Origin: an uncultured Candidatus Saccharibacteria bacterium
Lineage (GTDB): Bacteria > Patescibacteriota > Saccharimonadia > Saccharimonadales > JAGQNK01
Assembly (NCBI GenBank): GCA_964636355.1
Contig: CAZWRG010000003.1
Span: 793 to 64,792 of the forward strand
Reading direction: 5' to 3'
DNA: 64,000 nt
Position 1 is the first letter of the stretch; every line of letters begins with the position of its first letter. The translations under genes were made by a program, and so were the position numbers. The notes under the pieces were generated by a model. The model searched no databases, had not been told where the DNA came from, and saw only the letters and a program-made list of their open reading frames with translations. Of this stretch, positions 1 through 9,189 are shown in pieces.

Positions 1-318
1 CCTAATTTTGTGCCTGGTGAACGCTCAAAAACTGCCTATGCGCTGAGAGTTGAAGTGCTCGAGCAGGAGTATGACACTTTGCTGAAGCTCTATGATGGGG
101 ACGTCCGAGTTGGCAAGGTCAAAATCTCTGCCTTTAAAGCGCCAAAGGTGCCATCGGTACTTGGTTCACGGATTGATGGCGAGATTGCCCGCGATCAAAA
201 CGGCAGCGTAATTTTACTGCCTATCAGAGATAAAACCATCAAGCTGTCAGTTGAATCACAAAGCTTTATGAAAGATTTCAACGATATCATTCTAGCCAAT
301 CTGGTCTTTGTACCGTAG
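1..318 (+). CDS. 3' end of an unidentified protein-coding gene (5' part outside window)
   Basis: Frame 1 is open from the window edge to the stop at 316-318 (listed ORF 10-318). No motif recognised. Confidence 0.35.
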   Translation, partial: PNFVPGERSKTAYALRVEVLEQEYDTLLKLYDGDVRVGKVKISAFKAPKVPSVLGSRIDGEIARDQNGSVILLPIRDKTIKLSVESQSFMKDFNDIILANLVFVP

Positions 319-377
319 TAACTAAACTGCCTAAAATGTTATAATAAGCCCATAAGGAGAGGGTTTATAGGGAAATT

Positions 378-1076
378 GTGACAGAAGGTATGAATTTTTT
401 ACCGGATGATAGGTTGCTTCGGGCATTAGCCGAAGAGCTTAAATTGCCTCTGCTACAGATTGCCCGCCAGACCGAGCTCCAAAATTTAACTTCCAAAGAC
501 TTAAAATCTATTAATTACATTGCTGATAATGCAATTAACATGATAGACGGATTTTTATTAAGCGCCTCGAGTGCGCGTCAGCAACAGCTCCCCTTAGAGC
601 CAGTTTCATTATCTTCGGTGTTAGCTGATACGGCTCATAAATTGCAACCTTTAGCTCGCTTAAATAGTTGCGAAATTGACATAAGTTTAGCTGGAAAATA
701 TGGTCCGGCAATGGCTCATAAAAAGAGCTTAGAAGCTGCCTTGATGCTTATTGGTCGTAATCTTATTGAGGCTAGACACGTCGAAAATCGGCCGCACCGA
801 GTGGTGCTGGGCGTTCATCGAAGCCGCAATGGTTTGGTGGCCGGGGTCTTTGATAATCAGTCGGGTCTTAGCGCTGACATGCTTAAAAGAGGCAGGGCGC
901 TGTACGGTTCGGCGCGACAGGCCATGCCAAAAGTTAGCGCCACAAGCGGCGCCGGGGTTTTTATAGCTGATGCGCTTTTTAAAGCCATGGAAACCTCAAT
1001 TTACATAGCTAGGCACAAAAACATGACCGGCTTGGCCGCGACACTTCACCCTAGTTCTCAGCTGAGGTTGATCTAG
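378..1076 (+). CDS. Histidine-kinase-like protein with degenerate H-box (Glu in place of phospho-His)
   Basis: AEELKLPLLQI aligns to the HisKA H-box SHELRTPL. N-box-like RNLIEA, G1-like DNQSGL and G2-like SGAGVF follow. No TM or sensor domain. GTG start. Confidence 0.6.
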   Translation: MTEGMNFLPDDRLLRALAEELKLPLLQIARQTELQNLTSKDLKSINYIADNAINMIDGFLLSASSARQQQLPLEPVSLSSVLADTAHKLQPLARLNSCEIDISLAGKYGPAMAHKKSLEAALMLIGRNLIEARHVENRPHRVVLGVHRSRNGLVAGVFDNQSGLSADMLKRGRALYGSARQAMPKVSATSGAGVFIADALFKAMETSIYIARHKNMTGLAATLHPSSQLRLI

Positions 1077-1462
1077 TGAATATCCTGGTCATTGAGCCAA
1101 GCGAAATACTGGCCAAAATATATCAACAAGCTTTTAAAGACAGTGGCCATAGTGTGCAGATTGCCAGCGGAGCACAAGAGGCAATTTCAGCTCTTGACGG
1201 CAACCAAGCGGCTTTTGATGTTATTTTCCTGGAATTACAGTTGGCTGGTCATTTTGGAGTTGAGTTTTTGTATGAGCTCCGTTCGTATAACGAGTGGCAA
1301 AATATTCCAGTCGTAGTTTTGAGCATGATTCCAGAGGCAGAACTTAGCCAGCAACTTAAGAAATTATCCGAACTTGGCATCATAAAATACTTATACAAGC
1401 CAACTACCAGTTTACAAAAATTGACCAGCCTGGTTTCTGATTTAGAATTATCCAGACTATGA
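1076..1462 (+). CDS. Receiver-domain-like protein with Glu at the phosphoacceptor position (pseudo-receiver)
   Basis: CheY-like layout: ILVIEPSE ... DVIFLELQL ... VVVLSM ... YLYKP. The DD pair is EP and the acceptor Asp is Glu. Overlaps the upstream gene by 1 nt. Confidence 0.6.
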   Translation: MNILVIEPSEILAKIYQQAFKDSGHSVQIASGAQEAISALDGNQAAFDVIFLELQLAGHFGVEFLYELRSYNEWQNIPVVVLSMIPEAELSQQLKKLSELGIIKYLYKPTTSLQKLTSLVSDLELSRL

Positions 1463-2151
1463 AAAACCAAATCGTGACCCCGGCGATTGTGCTTAGGCGA
1501 ACTGATTTTAAAGAAGCCGACAGAATAATCGTATTTTCTACGCCACATCACGGTAAACTTAGCGCGATTGCCAAAGGCGTGCGCCGCCCGAAGTCCAAGC
1601 TGGCCGGCGGAATCGAACTACTCAGCACTAATGAAATAATTTATCTGCCCGGCAGGGGTGAGCTCGGCACGGTTCTATCAGCCAGGCCAATCAAACACTA
1701 TAAAAACATCGTAAAAGACATTAATCGGACAATGTTGTCTTATGAGCTTTTAAAGCGCCTGAATCGCATAACCGAAGATGCTGCTGGTGAAGAATATTTC
1801 ATGATTCTGCAGCGGTCGCTGGAGTCTTTGAATAACCTAGACATTCATCAAACTTTAGTTGAACTGTGGTTTAACCTTCATTTGCTGAGCGCTACAGGTC
1901 ATATGTTGGATCTTAAAAATGACTCATCAGGATCACCGCTGTCATCAGAAAAATCATATAATTTTGAATTTTCGGACATGGCTTTTGCGGCTCATCCGGA
2001 GGGAGTCTATAAATCCAATCATCTAAAATTACTCCGATTATTACACTCGGCTCAATCGCCCATAGCCTTAAAAAATTTGCAGATAAATGACGAAGTATTG
2101 TCCAGCTCAGCTAGGCTGATTGAAGGTCTCCTCATAGAACACACCAGCTAG
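1459..2151 (+). CDS. recO: DNA repair protein RecO
   Basis: N-terminal OB-fold signature AIVLRRTDFKEADRIIVFSTPHHGKLSAIAKGVRRPKSKLAG typical of RecO. ATGA overlap with the upstream gene. Confidence 0.8.
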   Translation: MKNQIVTPAIVLRRTDFKEADRIIVFSTPHHGKLSAIAKGVRRPKSKLAGGIELLSTNEIIYLPGRGELGTVLSARPIKHYKNIVKDINRTMLSYELLKRLNRITEDAAGEEYFMILQRSLESLNNLDIHQTLVELWFNLHLLSATGHMLDLKNDSSGSPLSSEKSYNFEFSDMAFAAHPEGVYKSNHLKLLRLLHSAQSPIALKNLQINDEVLSSSARLIEGLLIEHTS

Positions 2152-2200
2152 GCACTACTATAATTTTCGCGATAATAAACACATAGCAAATACAATATAA

Positions 2201-2229
2201 TTGACAATTAATTAAGCTTATGCTAATAT
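2201..2229 (+). promoter_or_regulatory. Sigma70-type promoter TTGACA-N17-TAATAT with TGc extended -10
   Basis: TTGACA at 2201-2206, 17-nt spacer ending TGC, TAATAT at 2224-2229. Confidence 0.6.
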
Positions 2230-2237
2230 GTAACTAG

Positions 2238-2525
2238 TTGAAAAGGAAAACCAAAACTGTGAAACACAAATTTAATGCAATGCCACCAGATGTCGCCCCT
2301 GGCTCTGCTGAAGAGCATCAGTATTTGAGGGCCTTGCGCGAAGAAAGGCTGGCGACTGATATAGCTAGGCAGGCATTTAGGCAAGATGGACTTAAGAAGG
2401 CCGAAACAAAACACGGAGGCTTTGTTCCGCCGTCTGCGGCACAAAGTGTTCAAGCAGAAGTCATAAATGTCTTTGATCAGTCAACCAGTTCTGAATTAGT
2501 AGACGTAAAGCGAGAAAAATCATAG
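2238..2525 (+). CDS. Small hypothetical protein (start uncertain: TTG 2238, GTG 2259 or ATG 2280)
   Basis: ORF directly downstream of a strong promoter. Charged, non-repetitive sequence with no recognised domain. Confidence 0.4.
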   Translation: MKRKTKTVKHKFNAMPPDVAPGSAEEHQYLRALREERLATDIARQAFRQDGLKKAETKHGGFVPPSAAQSVQAEVINVFDQSTSSELVDVKREKS

Positions 2526-2536
2526 GATTAAAGATC

Positions 2537-2809
2537 ATGGTAGCAGCAACATTAGACAAAAGAGAGGCAGAGCCGAAGGTAGATTATTCTGGTGGGGGCA
2601 ATATGGAGCATGTAGCAATTGATCCAGAAACTGGAATTCACCGCCAGAAAGCGGCAGAATATCTGCTGAGCACACAGGGAATTGCACTAGACACAGCTGT
2701 TATAGCTGACAGGCAAGATCGTGACACGACTGATGCAGTCTTTCCGGACTCCAAAGATAGGTTTGAGCCACTTTCGGTTCGCCAGCTTGAAGAGCGTGAC
2801 AAGAATTAA
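2537..2809 (+). CDS. Small hypothetical acidic protein
   Basis: 90-aa ORF 11 nt after the previous ORF, followed by a terminator hairpin. Confidence 0.4.
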   Translation: MVAATLDKREAEPKVDYSGGGNMEHVAIDPETGIHRQKAAEYLLSTQGIALDTAVIADRQDRDTTDAVFPDSKDRFEPLSVRQLEERDKN

Positions 2810-2828
2810 TTAGAGAATAATTTTAAGA

Positions 2829-2854
2829 TTAACCCCTATGAGAATAGGGGTTAA
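2829..2854 (+). terminator. Rho-independent terminator hairpin
   Basis: TTAACCCCTA / TAGGGGTTAA 10-bp stem with a 6-nt loop, followed by TTGTTT. Confidence 0.65.
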
Positions 2855-2877
2855 TTGTTTATAATGTTGATCAAGTT

Positions 2878-4182
2878 ATGAGTGATGTAAAAATGGAAGA
2901 TATTGTTAGTTTGTGCAAACGCCGCGGGTTTATATACCAAGGCTCCGAGGTTTATGGTGGCTTAAGTGGCACGTGGGATTATGGTCCACTCGGCGTAATT
3001 CTTAAGAAAAACATCATGGACCTATGGTGGAAGACATTTGTCGAAGACCGTGATGATATGTACGGAATAGACGCTGCGATACTGATGAACCAGAAAACCT
3101 GGCAAGCCAGCGGCCATGTCGATACATTTACAGATCCGCTGGTGGAGTGCAGTAACTGTAAGGGACGTTTCCGCGAGGACAAAATTGATACCAGTAAATG
3201 CCCGAATTGTGGCGCTAAAAATCCTTTTGGGCCAGCTCGCCAGTTCAACATGATGTTCAAAACAAGTGTGGGACCGGTTGATGATGAGAGCTCCATTAGT
3301 TATTTACGCCCAGAGACTGCTCAAGGAATTTTTACCAATTATAAAAATGTCGTCGATAGCTTTTACCCTGACGTGCCGTTTGGTATTGCCCAAATCGGCA
3401 AAGCTTTTAGAAACGAAATCAGCCCGCGTGATTTTGTGTTCCGCTCGCGTGAGTTTGAGCAGATGGAAATTGAATATTTTATCCATGAAGATAACTGGCA
3501 AGAGCTGTTTGAACAGTGGCGTAAAGCTATAAAGGCGTTCTTAAAAGACGGTCTTGGTCTGCCAGAAAATTCCGTGCACGAGCTGGAGGTGCCGGATGAT
3601 GACTTAGCACATTACAGCAAGCGCACAATTGATTATGAATTTGATTATCCGCATGGTAGGGATGAGTTGCTTGGTCTTGCGTATCGTACTGATTTTGATT
3701 TGAAAAACATCGAGCGGGTGAGTGGCAAGAGCATGGAATATCGGCCAAAAGATGGCGGCAAGTCATTTGTACCGCATGTAATTGAGCCTAGTTTTGGCGT
3801 AGAGCGAGCTCTCATGGCGGTGCTAGTCAGTGCCTATGCAGAGGACGAACAAAACGGCGAAAAACGAGTCTTTTTAAAGCTACCGGTGCATTTAGCTCCC
3901 CAAAAAGTGGCGGTTTCGCCATTGCTCAAAAACAAGCCAGAGTTGGTTGAAAAGGCCCGCGAAGTATACACGGCGCTCAAAAAAGAGTTTGGCAATGTGA
4001 TCTGGGATGACAACGGCAATATTGGTAAGCGTTATCGCCGCCAGGATGAAATCGGCACACCGCATTGTGTAGTGATTGATTTTGACACACTAGAAGACGG
4101 CACAGTGACCGTCCGTGACCGCGATACCACCGAACAAAAACGCGTAAAAATCGACGACCTCGCAGCCCTCATACATAATTAG
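2878..4182 (+). CDS. glyQS: Glycine--tRNA ligase (dimeric class II GlyRS)
   Basis: CKRRGFIYQGSEVYGGLSGTWDYGPLG N-terminus, FRNEISPR motif 2 region, C-terminal anticodon-binding domain. TATAAT at 2860-2865. Confidence 0.9.
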   Translation: MSDVKMEDIVSLCKRRGFIYQGSEVYGGLSGTWDYGPLGVILKKNIMDLWWKTFVEDRDDMYGIDAAILMNQKTWQASGHVDTFTDPLVECSNCKGRFREDKIDTSKCPNCGAKNPFGPARQFNMMFKTSVGPVDDESSISYLRPETAQGIFTNYKNVVDSFYPDVPFGIAQIGKAFRNEISPRDFVFRSREFEQMEIEYFIHEDNWQELFEQWRKAIKAFLKDGLGLPENSVHELEVPDDDLAHYSKRTIDYEFDYPHGRDELLGLAYRTDFDLKNIERVSGKSMEYRPKDGGKSFVPHVIEPSFGVERALMAVLVSAYAEDEQNGEKRVFLKLPVHLAPQKVAVSPLLKNKPELVEKAREVYTALKKEFGNVIWDDNGNIGKRYRRQDEIGTPHCVVIDFDTLEDGTVTVRDRDTTEQKRVKIDDLAALIHN

Positions 4183-4197
4183 AATATTATAATAACA

Positions 4198-4226
4198 TTG
4201 TAATATTATTATAATTGTGCTAATAT
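4198..4226 (+). promoter_or_regulatory. Promoter TTGTAA-N17-TAATAT (TGc extended -10), 7 nt before the ATG
   Basis: TGCTAATAT at 4218-4226 and ATG at 4234, implying a leaderless or near-leaderless transcript. Confidence 0.55.
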
Positions 4227-4233
4227 TTTTAGC

Positions 4234-4455
4234 ATGACAATAACTACTACGCAAAAACTTATCAAGATTGGCACTAGCAAGGGTGTTACATTGCCTGCAA
4301 AAGACCTAAAGGCACTGGGAGTTGATACCGGGGAAGAGCTCGAGTTGGTAGTGCGAAAAAAACAAAGACCAGTAAGTAGCGATAGTGTAAAAGAGATCGC
4401 TGAAGATATTTTACGGCGCTACGACCAAGACTTCAAAAATTTAGCAGGTCGCTAG
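4234..4455 (+). CDS. AbrB/SpoVT-fold antitoxin
   Basis: KIGTSKGVTLPAKDLKALGV swapped-hairpin motif. 73 aa. Stop abuts the Doc start. Confidence 0.7.
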   Translation: MTITTTQKLIKIGTSKGVTLPAKDLKALGVDTGEELELVVRKKQRPVSSDSVKEIAEDILRRYDQDFKNLAGR

Positions 4456-4839
4456 ATGAGCATTTTGACTCTTGAGCAGCTGTTAAAACTTCACATACTG
4501 GTTATTGAGCGGTACGGTGGCTCAGCCGGGGTGCGAGATTTAGGACGCTTAGAGTCTGCAGTAGCCGCCCAGACTCAAGAGGTTTTTGGGCAAGAGCTGT
4601 ATAAGACAGTAGAACAAAAAGCAGCTGTCATGATGCGAAACATCATTGGCGATCATCCATTTGTTGATGGTAATAAACGAACGGCTACGCTTGCAGCGCT
4701 TACTTTACTGGAGTCAAATGGCTATCGGTTCATTGCTAAAAAAGGTGAGCTGGAGAATTTTGCGGTTAAGGTAGCGACAGATAATTTGGATGTTGATCAA
4801 ATTGCCGAATGGCTAAAATCGCATAGCAAGAAAGTATGA
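4456..4839 (+). CDS. doc: Doc (death-on-curing) Fic-fold toxin
   Basis: Fic/Doc motif HPFVDGNKRTA. 127 aa. Immediately follows the antitoxin gene. Confidence 0.85.
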   Translation: MSILTLEQLLKLHILVIERYGGSAGVRDLGRLESAVAAQTQEVFGQELYKTVEQKAAVMMRNIIGDHPFVDGNKRTATLAALTLLESNGYRFIAKKGELENFAVKVATDNLDVDQIAEWLKSHSKKV

Positions 4840-5552
4840 AAGCCAAAGATCTACAGGATGAGTTAGCTAAATATGCCAGCGATGCTGATGCAGTATTTTT
4901 GCAGCGATTTTTCAAAACTGGAAAAGGGCAATATGGCGAAGATGATAAGTTTATTGGCGTACGGGTGCCAATGACCCGCAAAGTCTGCAAACAATTTAAA
5001 GATTTATCGTTGCCAGAAGTGCAAAAATTATTTGATTCTGGAGTCCATGAACATCGCTTGGCGGCCGTAATTTTACTAGTCAACAAATATCCGAAAGCGG
5101 ATAAAAACCAACAATTTAAAATATACGAACTCTATCTTAAAAACATTAAAAATGGACGGGTAAATAATTGGGATTTGGTTGACGCTTCGGCTGAGCACAT
5201 CATCGGGGCACACAGTTTTGATACCGATCGAAAAGTGCTGTTTGAGCTGGCTAGGTCTAATGATTTATGGCAAAAACGGGTAGGCATCATGAGTGCTTTT
5301 AATTTTATAAAGCGCGGTGACGCCAGTACGACGCTTGAGCTGGCAGAAATATTGCTGCATGATCCGCATGACCTGATCCAAAAAGCGGTTGGCTGGCAGC
5401 TACGTGAAGTCGGCAAGCGTGTAGATCAAAATTTGTTGCTTGAATTTTTAGATAAGCACGCCGCTACCATGCCGCGAACAACTCTTCGTTATGCCATTGA
5501 GCATTTAACACCAGAAATCAGACATCACTACATGACTCAAAAACCACACTAA
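4836..5552 (+). CDS. DNA alkylation repair protein (AlkD-like HEAT-repeat glycosylase family)
   Basis: FLQRFFKTGKGQYGEDDKFIGVRVP and WQKRVGIMSAF match the AlkD-type family pattern. ATGA overlap with doc. Confidence 0.7.
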   Translation: MKAKDLQDELAKYASDADAVFLQRFFKTGKGQYGEDDKFIGVRVPMTRKVCKQFKDLSLPEVQKLFDSGVHEHRLAAVILLVNKYPKADKNQQFKIYELYLKNIKNGRVNNWDLVDASAEHIIGAHSFDTDRKVLFELARSNDLWQKRVGIMSAFNFIKRGDASTTLELAEILLHDPHDLIQKAVGWQLREVGKRVDQNLLLEFLDKHAATMPRTTLRYAIEHLTPEIRHHYMTQKPH

Positions 5553-5553
5553 A

Positions 5554-5579
5554 AATGCCCGGGGTGGTTACCGGGCATT
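5554..5579. terminator. Bidirectional terminator between convergent genes
   Basis: AATGCCCGG / CCGGGCATT 9-bp stem flanked by an A-run and a T-run. Confidence 0.65.
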
Positions 5580-5603
5580 TTATTTTATAGACTAAGTGGC
5601 TAA

Positions 5604-6293
5604 TTATTTTGTTCTTTTGAAGTGCGTGTAAACATCAGCCACGATTTTGCCAGCTGTGTCGCGACCGCCAAGACCAAACGCCAGACCAAGAGCCAGCATG
5701 AATCCAGCCACGATGACCGTTATGTTATTGGTCAGAATGGTGGTGTTGAAGCCCAGCTGATCAAGTGCCATTACTGCTCCAAAAATCATTAGAACATAAA
5801 AGGCAATCATTGATACGCCGTTGGCGTAGTCTACGCGCATGCGAGCCAGCGAGGCGCGAACTACATCACGAATGATGCGGGCACCAGCTACGGCCACAGT
5901 TATAACCAACGCGGCGGCTAGCACGTTAGGTAGATAACCGACAAATTCGCGGATTACATCGCGCATTGCGCTGAGCCCCAGAACATCAGCGATGGTCAGC
6001 GCGAAAATAGCAATTACTGACCAAAATACTACTCGACCAGCGATTGACACAACATCTATATCAATCTCGGCGGTGTTCAGGGTCTTAGCAACTGTTTTGT
6101 TTTTTTGTAATTTATCAACTTTTAGTAATCTTAAAGCGTTTTCTATCAAATATTGGAACAGTTTGGCGGCCACTAACGCCAAAATAATTAATATTAAAGC
6201 ACTGACTAATTTTGGCAAAAATGCTCCGACAGCGGTCCAAAATTCGCCCGCAGAATCAGAAAGCCTATCGCCTAAGCTTTGTACTTCGTTCAT
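5604..6293 (-). CDS. Multi-pass membrane protein (TM-helix-repeat type)
   Basis: 229-aa ORF with 5-6 hydrophobic helices. The antisense ORF 5992-6327 was rejected. Confidence 0.6.
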   Translation of the reverse strand: MNEVQSLGDRLSDSAGEFWTAVGAFLPKLVSALILIILALVAAKLFQYLIENALRLLKVDKLQKNKTVAKTLNTAEIDIDVVSIAGRVVFWSVIAIFALTIADVLGLSAMRDVIREFVGYLPNVLAAALVITVAVAGARIIRDVVRASLARMRVDYANGVSMIAFYVLMIFGAVMALDQLGFNTTILTNNITVIVAGFMLALGLAFGLGGRDTAGKIVADVYTHFKRTK

Positions 6294-6438
6294 AAAACGT
6301 CCCTCGTTTAGTTTTGCTAATGCTTAGTATATCAACTTCTTAAGTTTATGTACATAAATACCTGGCTTAACAGTGGTAAATTATGCTTAATGATACATTT
6401 GGCATATTATTAATTTACAAATAATAGGAGTCTATAAG

Positions 6439-6825
6439 ATGGCAAAATCTAGCATTATTTCTGGCGCGGAAATCACCAAGTCAGGATTGATTTATTATCT
6501 GGCGCGAGGTTTACAGCGGCTTGGCCTTGTCGCCTCCGGCGTAGCGGTAGCCAGCCTATATGCACAGTATTTTTCAAGTATGTGGGTGGATGGCACGCTG
6601 GATTCCATCACACTACCTGTGATTGAAATGCTAACCATGATGTGTTTATTATTGTCAATTTTTACGCTGGGCATGAGCTTTTTATTGCTATCTTTCCCAA
6701 GAGTCAAGCTATATCAAAAAAGTTTAGTTTTTGATGGCATTTTAATCAGTTTTCTGTTTATAGTTCTCACAACTTATGTTGAGCCATTGATTCGCTGGAT
6801 GCTTTCCACTTTTGCTTATTGGTAA
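6439..6825 (+). CDS. Small membrane protein (about 4 TM)
   Basis: AGGAG upstream of the ATG. Four hydrophobic segments. Confidence 0.55.
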   Translation: MAKSSIISGAEITKSGLIYYLARGLQRLGLVASGVAVASLYAQYFSSMWVDGTLDSITLPVIEMLTMMCLLLSIFTLGMSFLLLSFPRVKLYQKSLVFDGILISFLFIVLTTYVEPLIRWMLSTFAYW

Positions 6826-6848
6826 ATTTGTTTCGGAGGAGGGTTTAC

Positions 6849-7490
6849 TTATTTGTGTCTTTGGACTTTTGCGATATGTTCTTCGTGTAATCCAGGGGTG
6901 CAGTAATCCAAATCAAGGTATAGATCCCATAAGGCGTTGCAGTCTTCTGCGGCATTCTGAGCTGAGGCTGGTCTCCGGGGCGGAAAGCTGCGGTGGGCTA
7001 AGTTTCCGAGAAGTTTAATGGTGTCGTGGCCAGGAACCAATAGGGTGGTACGCTCTGGCGTTTGCCAGCCTGTTTGACCAACGGGACGATCGAGCACCTC
7101 AACGCTGTGATTTATAAGTGAATGTTTTTTATCAACACAGATGTCCATGAGTTCCAAAACTCGACCGCTCGGGAAGTTTGGCTCATCAGGATCAGGCGAT
7201 CTTGTGGTATTAATACAAACTGCGGTTGCAGTGGGGCTGTCTGTAAATTCCTGGCGATTTGTAACAAATATTTTTGTCTCGTGATCGGCCATCGGTGCTT
7301 TATAAAAGCAAATACCATTATTTTGGATCAAGAGTGGAGTTATTCGCCCGATCTTTTGCAAAACGCTTGCTAGTAGCGTTTTTCTTTCTAGTTGGGCAAA
7401 TTCGTTGATTAAACCTGGCTGCAAAAACTCTGGTGAAAATAGCTGTTCTTCTGGTTTTTTGGGGGTTTCATCAAATGGTGAAAAAGACAT
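6849..7490 (-). CDS. Hypothetical protein
   Basis: 213-aa ORF with no recognised motif. Confidence 0.45.
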   Translation of the reverse strand: MSFSPFDETPKKPEEQLFSPEFLQPGLINEFAQLERKTLLASVLQKIGRITPLLIQNNGICFYKAPMADHETKIFVTNRQEFTDSPTATAVCINTTRSPDPDEPNFPSGRVLELMDICVDKKHSLINHSVEVLDRPVGQTGWQTPERTTLLVPGHDTIKLLGNLAHRSFPPRRPASAQNAAEDCNALWDLYLDLDYCTPGLHEEHIAKVQRHK

Positions 7491-7575
7491 AATGAATTAA
7501 TCTTACACCGGTTATTATTGATTTAAAAAAGCTCATGCTTAGTCTTTAGTCTAAATCAGACTTCTTGGAAATGAT

Positions 7576-8160
7576 ATGATTGTTAAAACCTTGGTATACA
7601 GAATGAATCAGCGATTTAAGATAACACTTAGCGGAACCAGTTGTGTTGGTAAAACAATGCTGTTTGAGGCCTTAAAAGTAAAGTACAAAAATAATTCAAA
7701 AATTAATTTTATAGACGAGGCCGCCAGGGAATTCTTTGTAGCAAATCCAATGCCCGAGACCGAACGATTTTTGCCTGAGACCCAGCGCCGAATTCAGAAT
7801 TTTATAATCCAAAAGGAGAAACAAGGTTTTAATCAAAATACTGATTTACTAATCTGCGACAATTCAATTTTTACATCACTGGCTTTCAGCCGAGTGTTTA
7901 GTGATTCGCTCGACCTTAGGCTGACAGAAAAAGCTATGAAGTTTGCAAAAACCTATACCAAAATCTACATTCTTGATCCAGCCGATGTGCCTTATAAAAC
8001 CGATTCTGTTAGACAAGAGGATCGATTTTTCAGGGATCAGGTTCATGAAGCGTTGTTGTCAATTCTAAGTGAATACAACGTAGAATATGAATTGCTGAGC
8101 GGAAATGGCTTAGATAAGCAAAAACAGGTGACAGATTACATAAAAAGCCTAGTAATTTAA
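7576..8160 (+). CDS. P-loop ATPase (AAA_28 / NadR-C-like); start may be 7603
   Basis: Walker A LSGTSCVGKT. Walker-B-like LLICDNS. Size matches stand-alone AAA_28 ATPases. Confidence 0.6.
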   Translation: MIVKTLVYRMNQRFKITLSGTSCVGKTMLFEALKVKYKNNSKINFIDEAAREFFVANPMPETERFLPETQRRIQNFIIQKEKQGFNQNTDLLICDNSIFTSLAFSRVFSDSLDLRLTEKAMKFAKTYTKIYILDPADVPYKTDSVRQEDRFFRDQVHEALLSILSEYNVEYELLSGNGLDKQKQVTDYIKSLVI

Positions 8161-8241
8161 TTCTTGCAAAATTCTTGTGCTTGCAGTTTAAGGTTTTTAA
8201 TCTAGACTTATTTTTAAGATAATCTCGAGGAATCGAACAAA

Positions 8242-9186
8242 ATGTTGCATAAGGTGTTTGCTCCGGAGGCGTTTAGCGAACGTAACACTGAGTTAATGTT
8301 GGCTGTGGGCCGATCTGTTTTCGGCCAAGCCCTAAATCAACAAATCAGGTACGAAAGATATGTTCATATCCCAGAGGGCGTAGCTCATCTAAATCTACCA
8401 CCAGATCGTAAAAAAGAAGTCCACGCCAACTGGACCGAATCGTTGATGGATGCTGACACCAACAATTTGCAGCACAATGTCCTCACGGCCTTAATAGGTA
8501 GACACGTTTGCCAGGTGGATGAGATTGACGAAGAGACAACCGAGCTTGTCGTAAAGACTCTGCTGGTGCATGACTTAAAAGAATATGTGCTTGATCCAAA
8601 CACTGATCTGGGTGACGAGACTTATGACGATGCCGTTCGAAAAGGAGCGGAAGGCTACAGCAAGGAACATCATGAACTTGGTGAAATACTAAAGAGTAGT
8701 GACTTTTCTATGGTGAGCTGTCATGAAATTGAACAAATAGTTGAAGCTTTGAATGATTCAAAAATTAGTCCTTCAGAGGGTGGCCCAAAAACCCAGGCTG
8801 GACAAATTATTGAGATCGCAGAAAGGCTTGGTTATATGCACTCCGCCCTAAGAGCTCAGAGAGCGGTTGATGAATATTATTTTGATTTTGATCACCCGCA
8901 AAAAGATAAATTATTATGGCTTAGTGAAAACGTTTTAGGGAATCATATCACAAGGCTTATTGAATTAGCTGAAAGATCTGAGACCGTGCGGCAGTTTCTA
9001 GCTAATCGACAGAGCGAGATCAGCAATGCTATTAACTTACTGTGCCATCCGAGTTCTAGGTTTACAGTGATGTCGCTATATATTGATGAAGGCAAAGAAG
9101 ATCCGCATCAAAAAGCTGAGCAGTTCACAGAAGCTGTCAGACAGTGGTATTCGTATAAAGATTCGACAGAGCAAAATAAGGAGTAG
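8242..9186 (+). CDS. Hypothetical protein with candidate HD-type metal-binding motif
   Basis: H(x~30)LLVHDLKE pattern resembles H...HD of HD phosphohydrolases. Otherwise unassigned. Confidence 0.4.
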   Translation: MLHKVFAPEAFSERNTELMLAVGRSVFGQALNQQIRYERYVHIPEGVAHLNLPPDRKKEVHANWTESLMDADTNNLQHNVLTALIGRHVCQVDEIDEETTELVVKTLLVHDLKEYVLDPNTDLGDETYDDAVRKGAEGYSKEHHELGEILKSSDFSMVSCHEIEQIVEALNDSKISPSEGGPKTQAGQIIEIAERLGYMHSALRAQRAVDEYYFDFDHPQKDKLLWLSENVLGNHITRLIELAERSETVRQFLANRQSEISNAINLLCHPSSRFTVMSLYIDEGKEDPHQKAEQFTEAVRQWYSYKDSTEQNKE

Positions 9187-9189
9187 GCT

